From: Pseudogymnoascus verrucosus
Lineage: Eukaryota
Reading direction: 5' to 3' (one strand)
Length of the DNA: 64,000 bases
NCBI GenBank assembly: GCA_001662655.1
Contig: KV460230.1
Shown here one piece after another: positions 36,856 through 47,445 of this stretch (positions are counted from its first letter, which is position 1; every line of letters begins with the position of its first letter). A model generated the notes under the pieces. The model was not told where the DNA came from. It searched no databases and saw nothing but the letters and a program-made list of their open reading frames with translations. The position numbers and the translations under genes are program-made.

Positions 36856-38262
36856 TCAATCCTTCTCGTCGCGCCCGCCAACGCGCTGCACCAACCTACG
36901 ACCATGTTAGTTACTGTGAACAGGACAGGAAGTCGCGGGATATTTACCTGAGAATGCTAACTGTAAACGTCAATCCCCATGCCACCAGCGCCACAAACAA
37001 TATTGCCGCCAACGCCTTCACCTGCCCACACAGATTCGCATCCATATGATGCTCTTTTTCATTGCCTCCAATTTTCGAAAAGCATGCGCCATCGCGGTCG
37101 GTGATAGCCTGGAACGCAAGCGAGAGATTCGCAGACTCGAAGATGATAAAGAAGAGATCCAGTAGCACGAGGCGCATTTTGGTTTTCGGCGCACGCAACC
37201 CGAGCGGGGCGCCTGTATACTCGTCCCACGTGATGTACCCAATATACGGCAGCGCGATAACATCGACCACGATGGCCATGATGCCCGAGGGTGATTGTTC
37301 GAACGGGCTCGTACGCGTAAGATGGAAGATGGAACTGGAGAGGCCGAGCGCAATAGTCGAGGTTGCGAGGACGGTGAGGCGGAAGGCGAGCGGAACAAGG
37401 GGATGCATCAGGATGATGCGTTGCATGCGCTCGTACCACTGCAGGCGCTTCTTCTTGCTATGGAGCAACCCAAGTGCTTTTTCCGGGTCTGTTCCTGGCG
37501 CGTCTCCCCGCCACGGCTGTGCGTATCCGGGTGTTTGCTCGTCGAGGAACGTCGGCTCAACCGTCTCACTCTCCTCGTCCATCCCGGGTCCATACATCGA
37601 CGCCTTCACGAAGCCCGACCAGCGCTGCGCGTTGCCACCATGGTACTGCAGGATCACCGGGTCGTCGTCGCGCGCGTGGTCCCATTTGCGGCCCCTGACG
37701 GGTTCGCGCGTTGTTCCGAAGAGGGTGCGTTCGGGCGCGGATTTGGCGGCTTCGGTGGGATCGTCGAAGTCGACGAAGCCGTCTTTGGAGACGGGTCTCT
37801 CGGCTCTGGTTGTAGCATAGGGATGCTGTGGTGCGACCGATGGTGTGGGCTGCGCGAGTAATCGGTCGGTCACTTTAGAGTCGTCGTCTTCATTGTATAC
37901 CTCGACGGAGTCTATCCATGCTGCTCAGCTGTTAGTATATTGTATGTCAATAAGGCCGATAGTTTCCTACATGGAAGAGATCTAACTGCGCCATGGCCGG
38001 TGGGCCGAGTGCTTCGAGATTCGGATGCTTCAGACACCTTCGACATGTATGAGACCTTCGTACGATCAGAATCCGAGCGTTGCCGTTCCGAGTATATCCT
38101 AGAGTTATGAGTCGCCGTGGTTGACGGCGCGTAACCGCCGAAGGCACTGGACCCAGGTAACTGCCCCGGCGGCGGCTCGGACATAAGGTGATGGCATTGT
38201 AAATTCGGACTGGGTACGAGGGCGTCCTTTTCTGGCAGCGCCATTCTGTCAGACGCTGCCAT
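36856..38262 (-). CDS. SRF1-like membrane protein (regulator of phospholipase D family); introns ~37921-37970 and 36896-36947; start codon uncertain
   Basis: GRKWDHAR, HPLVPLAFRL, YITWDEYTGAPLGLR and LLDLFFIIFESANLSLAF with four C-terminal hydrophobic segments; spliced end RLVQRVGGRDEKD*. Confidence 0.8.
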
Positions 38263-38847
38263 GTTGATGTTGATGGGGGCTCCGATGATCCACGGACAGC
38301 TGCGGCACAGGTCCTCTGGACCGGCCTGAAGCTAAAAGTGAGGGGCTCAGACAAGAAGCCTCATAAACATGGCATCGTCCTCAACAGATATAAGAATAGA
38401 TAGATAGTAAATGAGTGTAGTTGGCCGTGGTGTTGGTGGTGCCCAACAGAGTTGTAGTCTAGAACTACGAGGCTAATCACTCATCGGCAGTACCTTGTAT
38501 TGTGCAGCGCGTGCTAATTTTACCCCCGGTTGTCACAAGGCTGTGCATTTTTAACTTTGGGCGATGCCGTCACTGACCCACCCCAGCAATTTGGGATGGA
38601 AGGCAAAATGCTCCCAGGGTCAGACATTGGACTGTTCCCACTTCCATCAACATATAACTCTTCTTTGCAGCACGTTTAGAATACCGCGACAATGTTGACT
38701 ATATGATACGTTGAGAAGTTCATCGATACCCTCGCGACACCACACAAGCCGAACAGGTCGCCGGTGCGATAACGCGCAGTCTAAGTCGACCTCAAAACCT
38801 GCGCCTTCACAAAACCCATCACAACGCGATCGAACCTCTGGTTCGCG

Positions 38848-39769
38848 ATGCGCCTCTACTTGCTCCCTATCTCGAACCGACGGACGTTGTTATACTGCAG
38901 GCGCCTGAACGTGAGCATCTCCGACCACCCCACCTTTATCGACCGAGGGACAACCAGAGCTGCGAAATTATGGGCAGACTGGGAGACGAAAGACTCAGGG
39001 TGGCGCAAGAAGGTCGTTGACTGGGGAAACACCGCGCTCAAAAAGATACCATACGAAGAATGGGGCTTGAAGTCGATACCGCCGTTGTCAGCGCGCCGGA
39101 GGGCAGAAGAGCTGGAGGCGGGGCAGGCGACTGTCGAGGTTTCCTTCCCATCAGGAGTCATTCCTATGAATGAGGTTAGCGAGCTGCTCCGGAGGCTCGG
39201 GACAGAGAGGGAGTCTCTGCACAAGTCAAGGCTGGTCTACTGTTTTGTTGGAATGCCTATAACTGCGCCGGTAGCTCTTCTCCCAGTGTAAGTCAATCTC
39301 TCCCGGACTACTGGAATATCTGCTAACATTCAACAGTATACCCAACCTGCCATTCTTCTATCTTGTCTATAGAGCATGGTCGCATTGGCGCGCCCTATCC
39401 GGCTCGAAACACATTCAATTTCTCATCAGCAAAGAACTCATCGCACCCACGGTCTCGCCAATCTTGGATACCTTGTACGCGCCTGGCATCATGAGAGCCA
39501 CGCGTGGCAGTATTTCTCTCGGAAACAAGCCGCCCAAATCAGCAGATTCCTCAGCACCCCTCCTAAAAGACCAATTACCGCACGAAGTAATGCTGCTTCA
39601 AGAGGGTGATAGCACCCTCATCGCCAACGCGCTCGAGATGCCAGAGCTGCACGCCGAGATCGAAAGGGCGATATGGCAGGTTCGGAATGACATTCGAACA
39701 AAGCAGGAGGCCAAGGATAAAGAGAATCAGAAAGATGAAGTGAAGGAGGAAGATAAGGATAAGAAGTAG
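38848..39769 (+). CDS. Mitochondrial K+/H+ exchange-related protein (Mit_KHE1/YDL183C-like); intron 39288-39336
   Basis: MRLYLLPIS, IPYEEWGLKSIPPLS and PVALLPV|IPNLPFFYLVYRAWSHWRAL. Confidence 0.82.
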
Positions 39770-40773
39770 GAATGACTTACTACACGCTGTATGATATGTT
39801 AGACCCCTCTCAGCTTACGAAAGGGATGGCCCAATGCCGTACTGTACATTATGATCATCTCAAAATGACTGGAGTTTAGAGTATAGGAATAGAGGGGCCA
39901 GTGGTGGATACATAAGGGCCAACGCGTTGATAGACAATATTATATTATGAAGCCACGCTCATGCGCTGAAAGAGATGCTTTATACGCAGATGTAAACTGT
40001 ATTATAGTAGGGTAGGCATGGCATGGTGAAATTACATGGGTTTCCAAACCCGCATTCCCTCGAGTGTGACAAGAGCATCCCTTGCTCCGCCTTGGACAAG
40101 GGGGGATCCTTGGCGATTTTAAGCTTTCTGTGGAACAACTCGAAGCCCAGGCTATTTATAAAGAACAAAAGCAGTTTACGACCTACCACTATAAGCAAAC
40201 TCGGGTGTATTTCGACACCTATATGGTCCAACCCAATGCGAAGGCCGCGAAATCCAGGACGAACAATCTTGGGCGAGCCAGCAACATCAAGGAGATAGGA
40301 TCCAGAAGGCCGAGGCGGTGACAGCACAACAGCGACAGCATTTCTCACCCGGTGACAGCATTTCCCTTGGCTTTCGTTTTGGAGTTATCGCAAGCTACTT
40401 CCTGAGCTCTAGCACCTCGAGGACATCCAGCGATCATTGGCGCATATCGCACGGAGTTGGGCAGAAACGAATCTCATACGAGATATGTCGTTTAGACTCC
40501 CATACGAACAGATTTCCTGCCTTATATAAGATAGTCAGCCTATCGTAAAAAATATACGATGTTTGTTCTGTATTTGTTCTATCTATATTTTAACAGCGCC
40601 AACAACACACCTCATACGACAGGCCATCAAGCGGTGTTGCCTTCTCCTTCTCCATTTTAAGCGATAGTATAAAATGAGCACACTGAGTGATTAATGGATT
40701 TACTTTTTATAATCATTTGCTACCTCAGTTTCTTCTACATTGGCCCTCGAATTAAATCCATATACAATAATCA

Positions 40774-40855
40774 TCTTTGATGGTCTAACGGTCATGATTT
40801 CCGCTTGTCATATAACAAAGCGCGGGAGACCGGGGTTCGACTCCCCGTCAGAGAG
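40774..40855 (+). tRNA. tRNA-Asp(GTC) with 10-nt intron (40811-40820)
   Basis: Acceptor stem TCTTTGA/TCAGAGA, D-arm TGGTCTAACGG, anticodon stem TCCGC/GCGGG with GTC at 40807-40809, T-loop GGTTCGACTCC; 72 nt after splicing. Confidence 0.92.
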
Positions 40856-40899
40856 AATTGCCTCTCTGAGCTCATGCTCAGACAGATACACTTTTACAA

Positions 40900-40970
40900 G
40901 CATCAGTGGTTTAGTGGTAAAATCCATCGTTGCCATCGATGGGCCCCGTGTTCGATTCACGGCTGATGCA
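40900..40970 (+). tRNA. tRNA-Gly(GCC), intronless
   Basis: GCATCAG/CTGATGC acceptor stem, TGGTTTAGTGG A-box, CATCG-TTGCCAT-CGATG anticodon arm, GTTCGATTC B-box; 71 nt. Confidence 0.95.
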
Positions 40971-40987
40971 CAATGAGCAGTCTCCAA

Positions 40988-41134
40988 TTCGGAGATATAT
41001 TTTTTTTAAAAGCACAAACGAACTCTACAGCAGTCATATATACAATATTACAGTCTTCACTTCGGAGATATATATATATTTATAAGCACAAACGAACTCT
41101 ACAGCAATCATATATACAATATTACAGTCTTCAC
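40988..41134. repeat. Tandem duplication of ~73-74 bp (40988-41060 and 41061-41134)
   Basis: TTCGGAGATATAT...AAGCACAAACGAACTCTACAGCARTCATATATACAATATTACAGTCTTCAC occurs twice. Confidence 0.9.
41000..41007 (+). terminator. Pol III terminator (T8) downstream of the tRNA pair
   Basis: Run of 8 T, 30 nt after tRNA-Gly. Confidence 0.7.
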
Positions 41135-41504
41135 TTCGCTATGAGGGGAAGACCCTCGCATTATCAGAATCGTTCGGGGCCCTACATGCCTACAACACTG
41201 TGAGAGATCCCATCGCCTACGACGATGGACTAATCGCGCACGCCCTAGACACCAACGACGATCCAAGCAACCCCTACAATTAATAAAGTCCTAATATGAC
41301 TGGAATCTAAATGGTGATTCATTAGGCCTCAAAACCTATCTGACACGCCACAACCCAACCCTGAAGAGTGGCCGAAGGGTGGTTCAACTCCACCGTCGAA
41401 GCTCCCCGCTGGCAACGCACCTCTTCTGCCTCACGGCGATCAAAAATAGCTACAATTCTTCTTAAATTCATATACGCCCCACATTACCAACAGCTTCATT
41501 TACA

Positions 41505-44141
41505 TCACTTCATCTCCCCCGCGACCAACAGCCCACCATCCTTCGTCTCCACGATCTTGAAGCCCTCTGCATTCCCAAGCCCCTGCTCCGCCCTTATATA
41601 AGCATCCTCGCTCCTATCGCACAAGATCCCTAAATCCGCATCGCTCAGAATCTCATCGCCCCCCTTATATGTATATACCTGTCCATCCCTCAGCAGCAGT
41701 TTCCTCAACTCCGCCGCATCCAAATCCTCCTTATTATCCATCTTCTGCCCCATAGTCCTGAATCCCCCCTTCTTAATAACGAGCTTCTCAAGCCTCCTCT
41801 TTGCATCTGCACTCATCAGTAGCTCTTCCTCCACCGTTCCCTTCGTCGCAAGTCGGAACACGACGACCGGCCGCGTCTGCCCAATCCGATGCGCGCGGTC
41901 AATAGCTTGCAGATCCTGCTGTGGATTCCAGTCACTATCGAATAGCACGACTGTATCCGCGCTCGCGAGGTTGATGCCCTGTCCACCAGCGCGCGTGCTG
42001 AGCAGAAATAGCCGATGTTCGGGATCTTCGTTGAAGTCTTTGATCTGCTGGCGTCGGTCATCTTGTGCTACGCCACCATCGATGCGGCATACATTCCAAC
42101 TGCGCAGGTCCCGCGCATAGTCCTCGAGGATGTCGAGCTGGGTCTTGAACTGGCTGAAAATCAGGACTTTATGGTTTGCAGCGAATAGAGAATTAAGTAG
42201 CCGGTCGAGAAGGAGCATTTTCCCGCTCGAGGAGACGAGTGTTTCGTCTATAGGCATCTTGGAGTCTGCAGACCAGGGGTTGTAGAAGTTGTGGGGTGAG
42301 TTGCATACGAGGCGCAGCTGCATCAGCGGATTGCCCAGTTTCTTCGTAGCAATCTCGCGCTTTGCCATCTCGAGAGTTTTGGCGAGCTCGTGGGATTCGT
42401 CATCGGAGTCGGAGGAGCTTGCTATGTCAGCTTCTGCCAGCTCCTCAGCCAATTTGGCCTCGAATTCGTCGTCGCTCAGTTTATCCTCATCAGAGGCATC
42501 TGCTTCCTTGTAGGATTTGCGCTTGGGTTTTGACTTGGAGGCTGTGGCTGGTGTTGATTGGCGGCTCGATTTTACGCTTTTGGCAGAAGACGCAATACTA
42601 TCGTCCGAGGTCTTGCGCTTGAGACTGGCTTTCGATGGGGTTCGTGGTGGTAGCGCCTTTTTCTTACCAACCATCATCATCTCAAACGCGTTTAGGCGTG
42701 TGGCAGGTTTTTGCTCGAGTTCTGCCTTTGCCTTGCGAGTGCGGATGGAGATGCTAAGGGGAACCTCTTCCTCACTGTCAGATTCGACTTTCGCTGGTGC
42801 TGTTGATCTCGTGGCTTTAGTTTTGGTTTTCGCAGACCCCTTCGATGCGTTTCTCGCTCCCGTAATCCGTTCAACGACCTTGTTTTCCAGATATTTTCTG
42901 GCATCTTGACTTTTATCTGATAGAATATCATACAACTCGGTCTGCTGTTCCGTCATTGGTGCGTATAAAACGTATTCGCGCTTCCTGGGAAGCATATGCT
43001 CCACATCAGCTTTGATACGGCGCAGCAAGAGAGGTTGCAGAACCAGATGAATCTTTTTGACAAGCTCCTGTTTCTTTTGATCGGCAATGAACTCTTCTGT
43101 CCCCTCCTCGTCCTGTAAATCACTGAAGTCAAACCATGATTCGAATGCTTCCCAATCCACAAACACGGTTGGGAGGAGAAAGTTGAGCAAGGACCAGAGC
43201 TCTTTAAGGTTATTCTGTAGGGGTGTCCCGGAAATCAGCAACCTAGTAGCTGACGTAAACTTCCTTAACTCCTGGAATAGCTGGCTGTTGAAGTTCTTCA
43301 ATCGATGCCCCTCGTCAATGATGATAAACTCCCAGTTGATATGCGACAAGTAATTCTTATCTCTCAATATAATATCATAACTCGTACACACAACCGGAAA
43401 CTTTGACGTAGGCCTGCCATTCTCCAGATGTTTGGTGATCTTTGTTGTCCTTAACTCCTCTCGTTTCGCTGGGTCGCCATGATACAGCAAGACCGGGACA
43501 GTTGGCGTCCATTTCTGGAACTCCTCTACCCAATTCGATAACGTGCTAAGCGGCGCAACAATGAGATGGGGACCAAGATATTTCTCTTTTTCTCGCAGCA
43601 GCGCAATAAGCGATATCGTCTGGATCGTCTTGCCCAGACCCATCTCATCAGCCAGGATGCCACTCATGCCCTGCGCACAAATCTCATACATCCATGTCAA
43701 ACCTTCGAGCTGGTAATCGCGCATCGTACCGCCGCTCATGATCTTCGGCTGCTGGGCCATTTCCAAGTCATGCTCGCCGAGTGCTTTCCCATCGAAGCCG
43801 CTCCCGACTCGACCGAGGACTTGCGTCTTCTTCGTGAGAATATTCGAAAACGCCGCACTCTTGGCCAACAATTCATCTAATTCGCGTGCTTTGGCCTCCG
43901 CGGCTTCCTTGCCCAGAACACGACTTTTCTTTGCCGCCAGTCGTTTCTGGCGGGCAAGCTCTGTTCGTTTGTTCTGCAAATGGGCCTTCTTTTCTTCGGC
44001 ACCAATCTGTTTTAGCTGCTCGTCATTGAGAAGGTTGCTGGTTGCTGGCGGTTCTTCCACTCCGAGGTCGGGTGGGGATGACGGCGCTGTTGTAGGTGTC
44101 CGAGACTCCATTGAGTCATCTTCCGTCGACTTTAGGGCCAT
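41505..44141 (-). CDS. SNF2-family chromatin remodeller, LSH/HELLS/DDM1/IRC5 subfamily
   Basis: MRDYQLEGL, GILADEMGLGKT, IIDEGHRLKN, SGTPLQNNL, FESWFDFS, LLSTRAGGQGINL and QAIDRAHRIGQ; no bromo, chromo or SANT domain. Confidence 0.9.
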   Translation of the reverse strand: MALKSTEDDSMESRTPTTAPSSPPDLGVEEPPATSNLLNDEQLKQIGAEEKKAHLQNKRTELARQKRLAAKKSRVLGKEAAEAKARELDELLAKSAAFSNILTKKTQVLGRVGSGFDGKALGEHDLEMAQQPKIMSGGTMRDYQLEGLTWMYEICAQGMSGILADEMGLGKTIQTISLIALLREKEKYLGPHLIVAPLSTLSNWVEEFQKWTPTVPVLLYHGDPAKREELRTTKITKHLENGRPTSKFPVVCTSYDIILRDKNYLSHINWEFIIIDEGHRLKNFNSQLFQELRKFTSATRLLISGTPLQNNLKELWSLLNFLLPTVFVDWEAFESWFDFSDLQDEEGTEEFIADQKKQELVKKIHLVLQPLLLRRIKADVEHMLPRKREYVLYAPMTEQQTELYDILSDKSQDARKYLENKVVERITGARNASKGSAKTKTKATRSTAPAKVESDSEEEVPLSISIRTRKAKAELEQKPATRLNAFEMMMVGKKKALPPRTPSKASLKRKTSDDSIASSAKSVKSSRQSTPATASKSKPKRKSYKEADASDEDKLSDDEFEAKLAEELAEADIASSSDSDDESHELAKTLEMAKREIATKKLGNPLMQLRLVCNSPHNFYNPWSADSKMPIDETLVSSSGKMLLLDRLLNSLFAANHKVLIFSQFKTQLDILEDYARDLRSWNVCRIDGGVAQDDRRQQIKDFNEDPEHRLFLLSTRAGGQGINLASADTVVLFDSDWNPQQDLQAIDRAHRIGQTRPVVVFRLATKGTVEEELLMSADAKRRLEKLVIKKGGFRTMGQKMDNKEDLDAAELRKLLLRDGQVYTYKGGDEILSDADLGILCDRSEDAYIRAEQGLGNAEGFKIVETKDGGLLVAGEMK

Positions 44142-45004
44142 GGCTAGGCTCTGGCATGCAAATGCTTTATGCCGCTAGAAATTAACAACCCTCACAAGTT
44201 TGGATGTATTCTTATATCATATGCACCGCGTTTAGTGCTGGAATGGGCTATCCTTGGTGCAACTATTCCAAACTTAGTCGAACGTTTTTATCGAGGATTC
44301 ATTCGTAAGCGCGTAGTTCAGCCCCTGGTTTCTGAAGCCTTCTTCGATCGATAAATCACTTCTCATATCACCCACGGGCCTCCTTTCAAAGCTTAACTTT
44401 TCGCGCTCCAAAGCAAGTGAGTGCTGGTATTGTCAGACACGTAACACGCGCTCCACAATCTAATCTGTCGTGCTCTCGAACTTAATACGCAAAGGGAAGA
44501 ATCAATCGTTCAAAGACAACGGATCAGATAAATCGCCAAGCTACGAGATTTAATCCGGCTAAAAATGTTGCTGATATCAAAAAATGCTGATGTCGTCGAC
44601 GCGTAAAGTGGTTTCTGACGCGCGCCATCCCCGCTCAATTTGTGTCGGACAAGTCGCGAAGTCACGCGCCTTTGACTTACATCCCTGTCCATAACACGTG
44701 ATATTATGCGCCTTTTCACGTGCACCACCTATCCTACCTAGGACTTACTACATAACCTGACTTTGTCTTCGCTGACGATGTCAATACTCTTGACATGGCT
44801 CACGCTGAGGAACCAGATCCCCCGATTGATAAGAAAGTCCCGCACAGTCACTGGCAGCACAAAGCACTCAAACTGGGCCAAGCGCTGCAATAGGGTGGGA
44901 CTGGGTCATCCAAACGCCCAGGGTCTCTTCTGTTTCTATGAAGGAAAATAATTCAGGTCTATAAGTTGCTAAGGTACTCCCAATATAACAGACGTCCATC
45001 GTTT

Positions 45005-46781
45005 CTAATTCGCACTCATATACACTCTCCCCTCAAAGGGCGCCAACTTCCCCGCCACTGGTGCATCGTAATTACTCAGGACAAGCTTCCACTCCTTGTC
45101 CGTGCTCACCTCAAAGTCCTGAACCCCCTGATCAAAATTCAATGCGACCAGCGCCGCCCTCCTTTCTCCCGTCTTCGTGTATACAAACGTCTTTTCATTT
45201 CCTGGGTCCAGCAGGTCAAAAATCCCATATACAAGTAGGTCTCGATACTCCTTGCGAAGACGTAGCATGCGTTTCCAAAACGACAACACGCTCTTCTCGT
45301 CTGGGACCTGCTTCGCAACGTTGATTTCAGGGTATAGGTCGTGGACACGCATCCACGGCTTGTCACCGGTTGTGAAGCCAGAATGTGCCGTGGAGTCCCA
45401 CTGCATAGGCATGCGGCCGTGATCACGGCCGAGGATCTGAAGGCCACGAGTTACGATAGGAAGGCGGGAGGGGTCTTCGCCGGAGATTGAAAGAGCGCGA
45501 GCTTCATTGTAGTAGTTCAGTGCCTCAATATCTTTGTATTCTTCGATGGGCCACTCCTTAGGGGCGTTGATCATGCCAATTTCCTGGCCTTGGTAAATGA
45601 ATATTGTACCAGTCATCGTGGTCATCATTATAGCGAGCATCTTTGCGGAGATCTCGCGGAACTCGGGCTCGCTTGAGGCATAACGGTCAATTGAGCGCCC
45701 ATTATCGTGGTTTTCGAGGAAGGCGGTTGTCCAGCCGTCGGTGCCTTCGATAAATTTCTGCCATTTGGTTATAGCGGCTTTGAGCTCTGGGAGGATGAAA
45801 GGTCGGTGATCATATTTGTCCTTGGGACCTCCGTGGTCCATATTCCCTGTATCAATGTGGAAGACCATGTCTAGCTGTTTAGCGCTGGCTGAGACGTATC
45901 GCAATACGTGATCGGGATCCGGAGTGAGTGATAATTCGCCGACAGTCATGCAGTCGTATTGACTGATGACCTTATCGTGCATCTCTTTCACAAACTCGTG
46001 TATCCTTGGGCCGTTGCAAAACATGTATGCTGCAGGCTGCTCATAGTGGTTGGGGTCGGTGATGATAGCGTCGTGGAACTCTAGGGGTTTGCTGTACTTG
46101 TTGACAGTATCGACTCGAAATCCGTCCACCCCTCTGTCTAACCAAAATCTCATGGCGCTATCATAAATTGCATTGCGCGCTGCTTCGCAGTTCCAATTCA
46201 AATCTGGTTGCTGTGTAGCATAGAGGTGGAGATAATATTCTTGCGTTGTTTCGTCCCAAGTCCCTAAAAAGTCAGCAAAAATACCCTGGAATGATCTGGA
46301 TGGTAGGCTCACATGTGCTACCAGCAAAGTAACTCCTCCAGTTGGTAGGAGGTATGCGGTTCCCGGCATCATCGTATCGAGCTGGCTTCCAGAAATACCA
46401 ATCGCGCTTTGGGTTATCTCGCGATGAACGAGATTCTTTGAACCACTCGTGCTCGTCTGACGTATGGTTTACCACAAGATCGAGTATAAACCGCATGCCA
46501 CGATCGTGACAAGCCTTCACCAGGATATCGATGTCTTCAACAGTGCCATACGGCTCATAGACTTTTTCGTAATTCGAGATATCATAGCCCATATCATGCT
46601 GTGGGCTATCAAACATGGGACAAAGCCACACGACATCGACACCTAGGTCATGGAGATAGTCAATCTTCGAGATGAGGCCCCCAATATCGCCCAAGCCATC
46701 TCCGTTGGAATCCTTGAAACTTGCTGGGTATACCTGATACACAGCAGCTTCTTTCCACCATTTGCCAGTTGGCATTTGCAT
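45005..46781 (-). CDS. Intracellular alpha-glucosidase/maltase (GH13); intron 46264-46312
   Basis: [53 protein letters not shown] and YQGQEIG; no signal peptide. Confidence 0.95.
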
Positions 46782-47037
46782 TGTGAGAGAGTGAGATTGA
46801 GCGTATGTTGTTCGTTAGAAGTTGAGGTAAAAACAATAAGGAAGGAGAGAGGGAACTTGGTCACAGGATTTAACGGATGCCCAAAGCACCGGATTGCTTT
46901 AGTAAATTAGCAGGGCCCATTATTACTCACGAGCTGCAGGCCTCACATGGCAATATTTAAGGTTATGTTCGCATATTCTAGGACATAGTGGAGCGAAAAA
47001 GACAATATTATTACCTTTCATGTTGCTTTGGCCGTCG

Positions 47038-47176
47038 CCGAGTTGGCCCCGAATCAACTCCGAATCAACCCCGCACAAAATCCCCGCACCCCGCACTGTA
47101 CCTAAATCTTACTGGGAAATTTTGACGAATCATAACCCGATTTATTGCGCCAGCCTTCCACTCCGAATAAGTCCCG
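47038..47176. promoter_or_regulatory. Putative AmyR/MalR-type CGG-N8-CGG sites and CreA/Mig1 SYGGRG sites in the maltase-permease divergent promoter
   Basis: CCG at 47038, 47049, 47060 and 47071 (N8 spacing) and at 47163/47174; CCCCGC at 47069, 47082 and 47089. Confidence 0.6.
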
Positions 47177-47445
47177 CTCCAGTTTAGGTTTAGCTCGCGT
47201 TATTTGCGACTAAACGTCAAAGTTTGTCGATCTCAACCGTGCTCTCATCCAACATCTGGGGTTTTGAGGGGTAATTCTAGTACGGGGAATGGCGATGACA
47301 GGGACTATAATAATCGTATTATGAAAATTGTCGGTCAGGTGCTGCCATGTGCCAGCCATGCCCAAATGGATATAAACCGCGTGGCATCCTCTTCTTTTAT
47401 TTGATCTAGACAGCAGCGATCGACAATCAAGATCTTTCATTCACA

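Noticed and set aside
39980..40548. Short ORFs between the KHE gene and the tRNAs
   Set aside because: No recognisable motif or convincing start and splice structure
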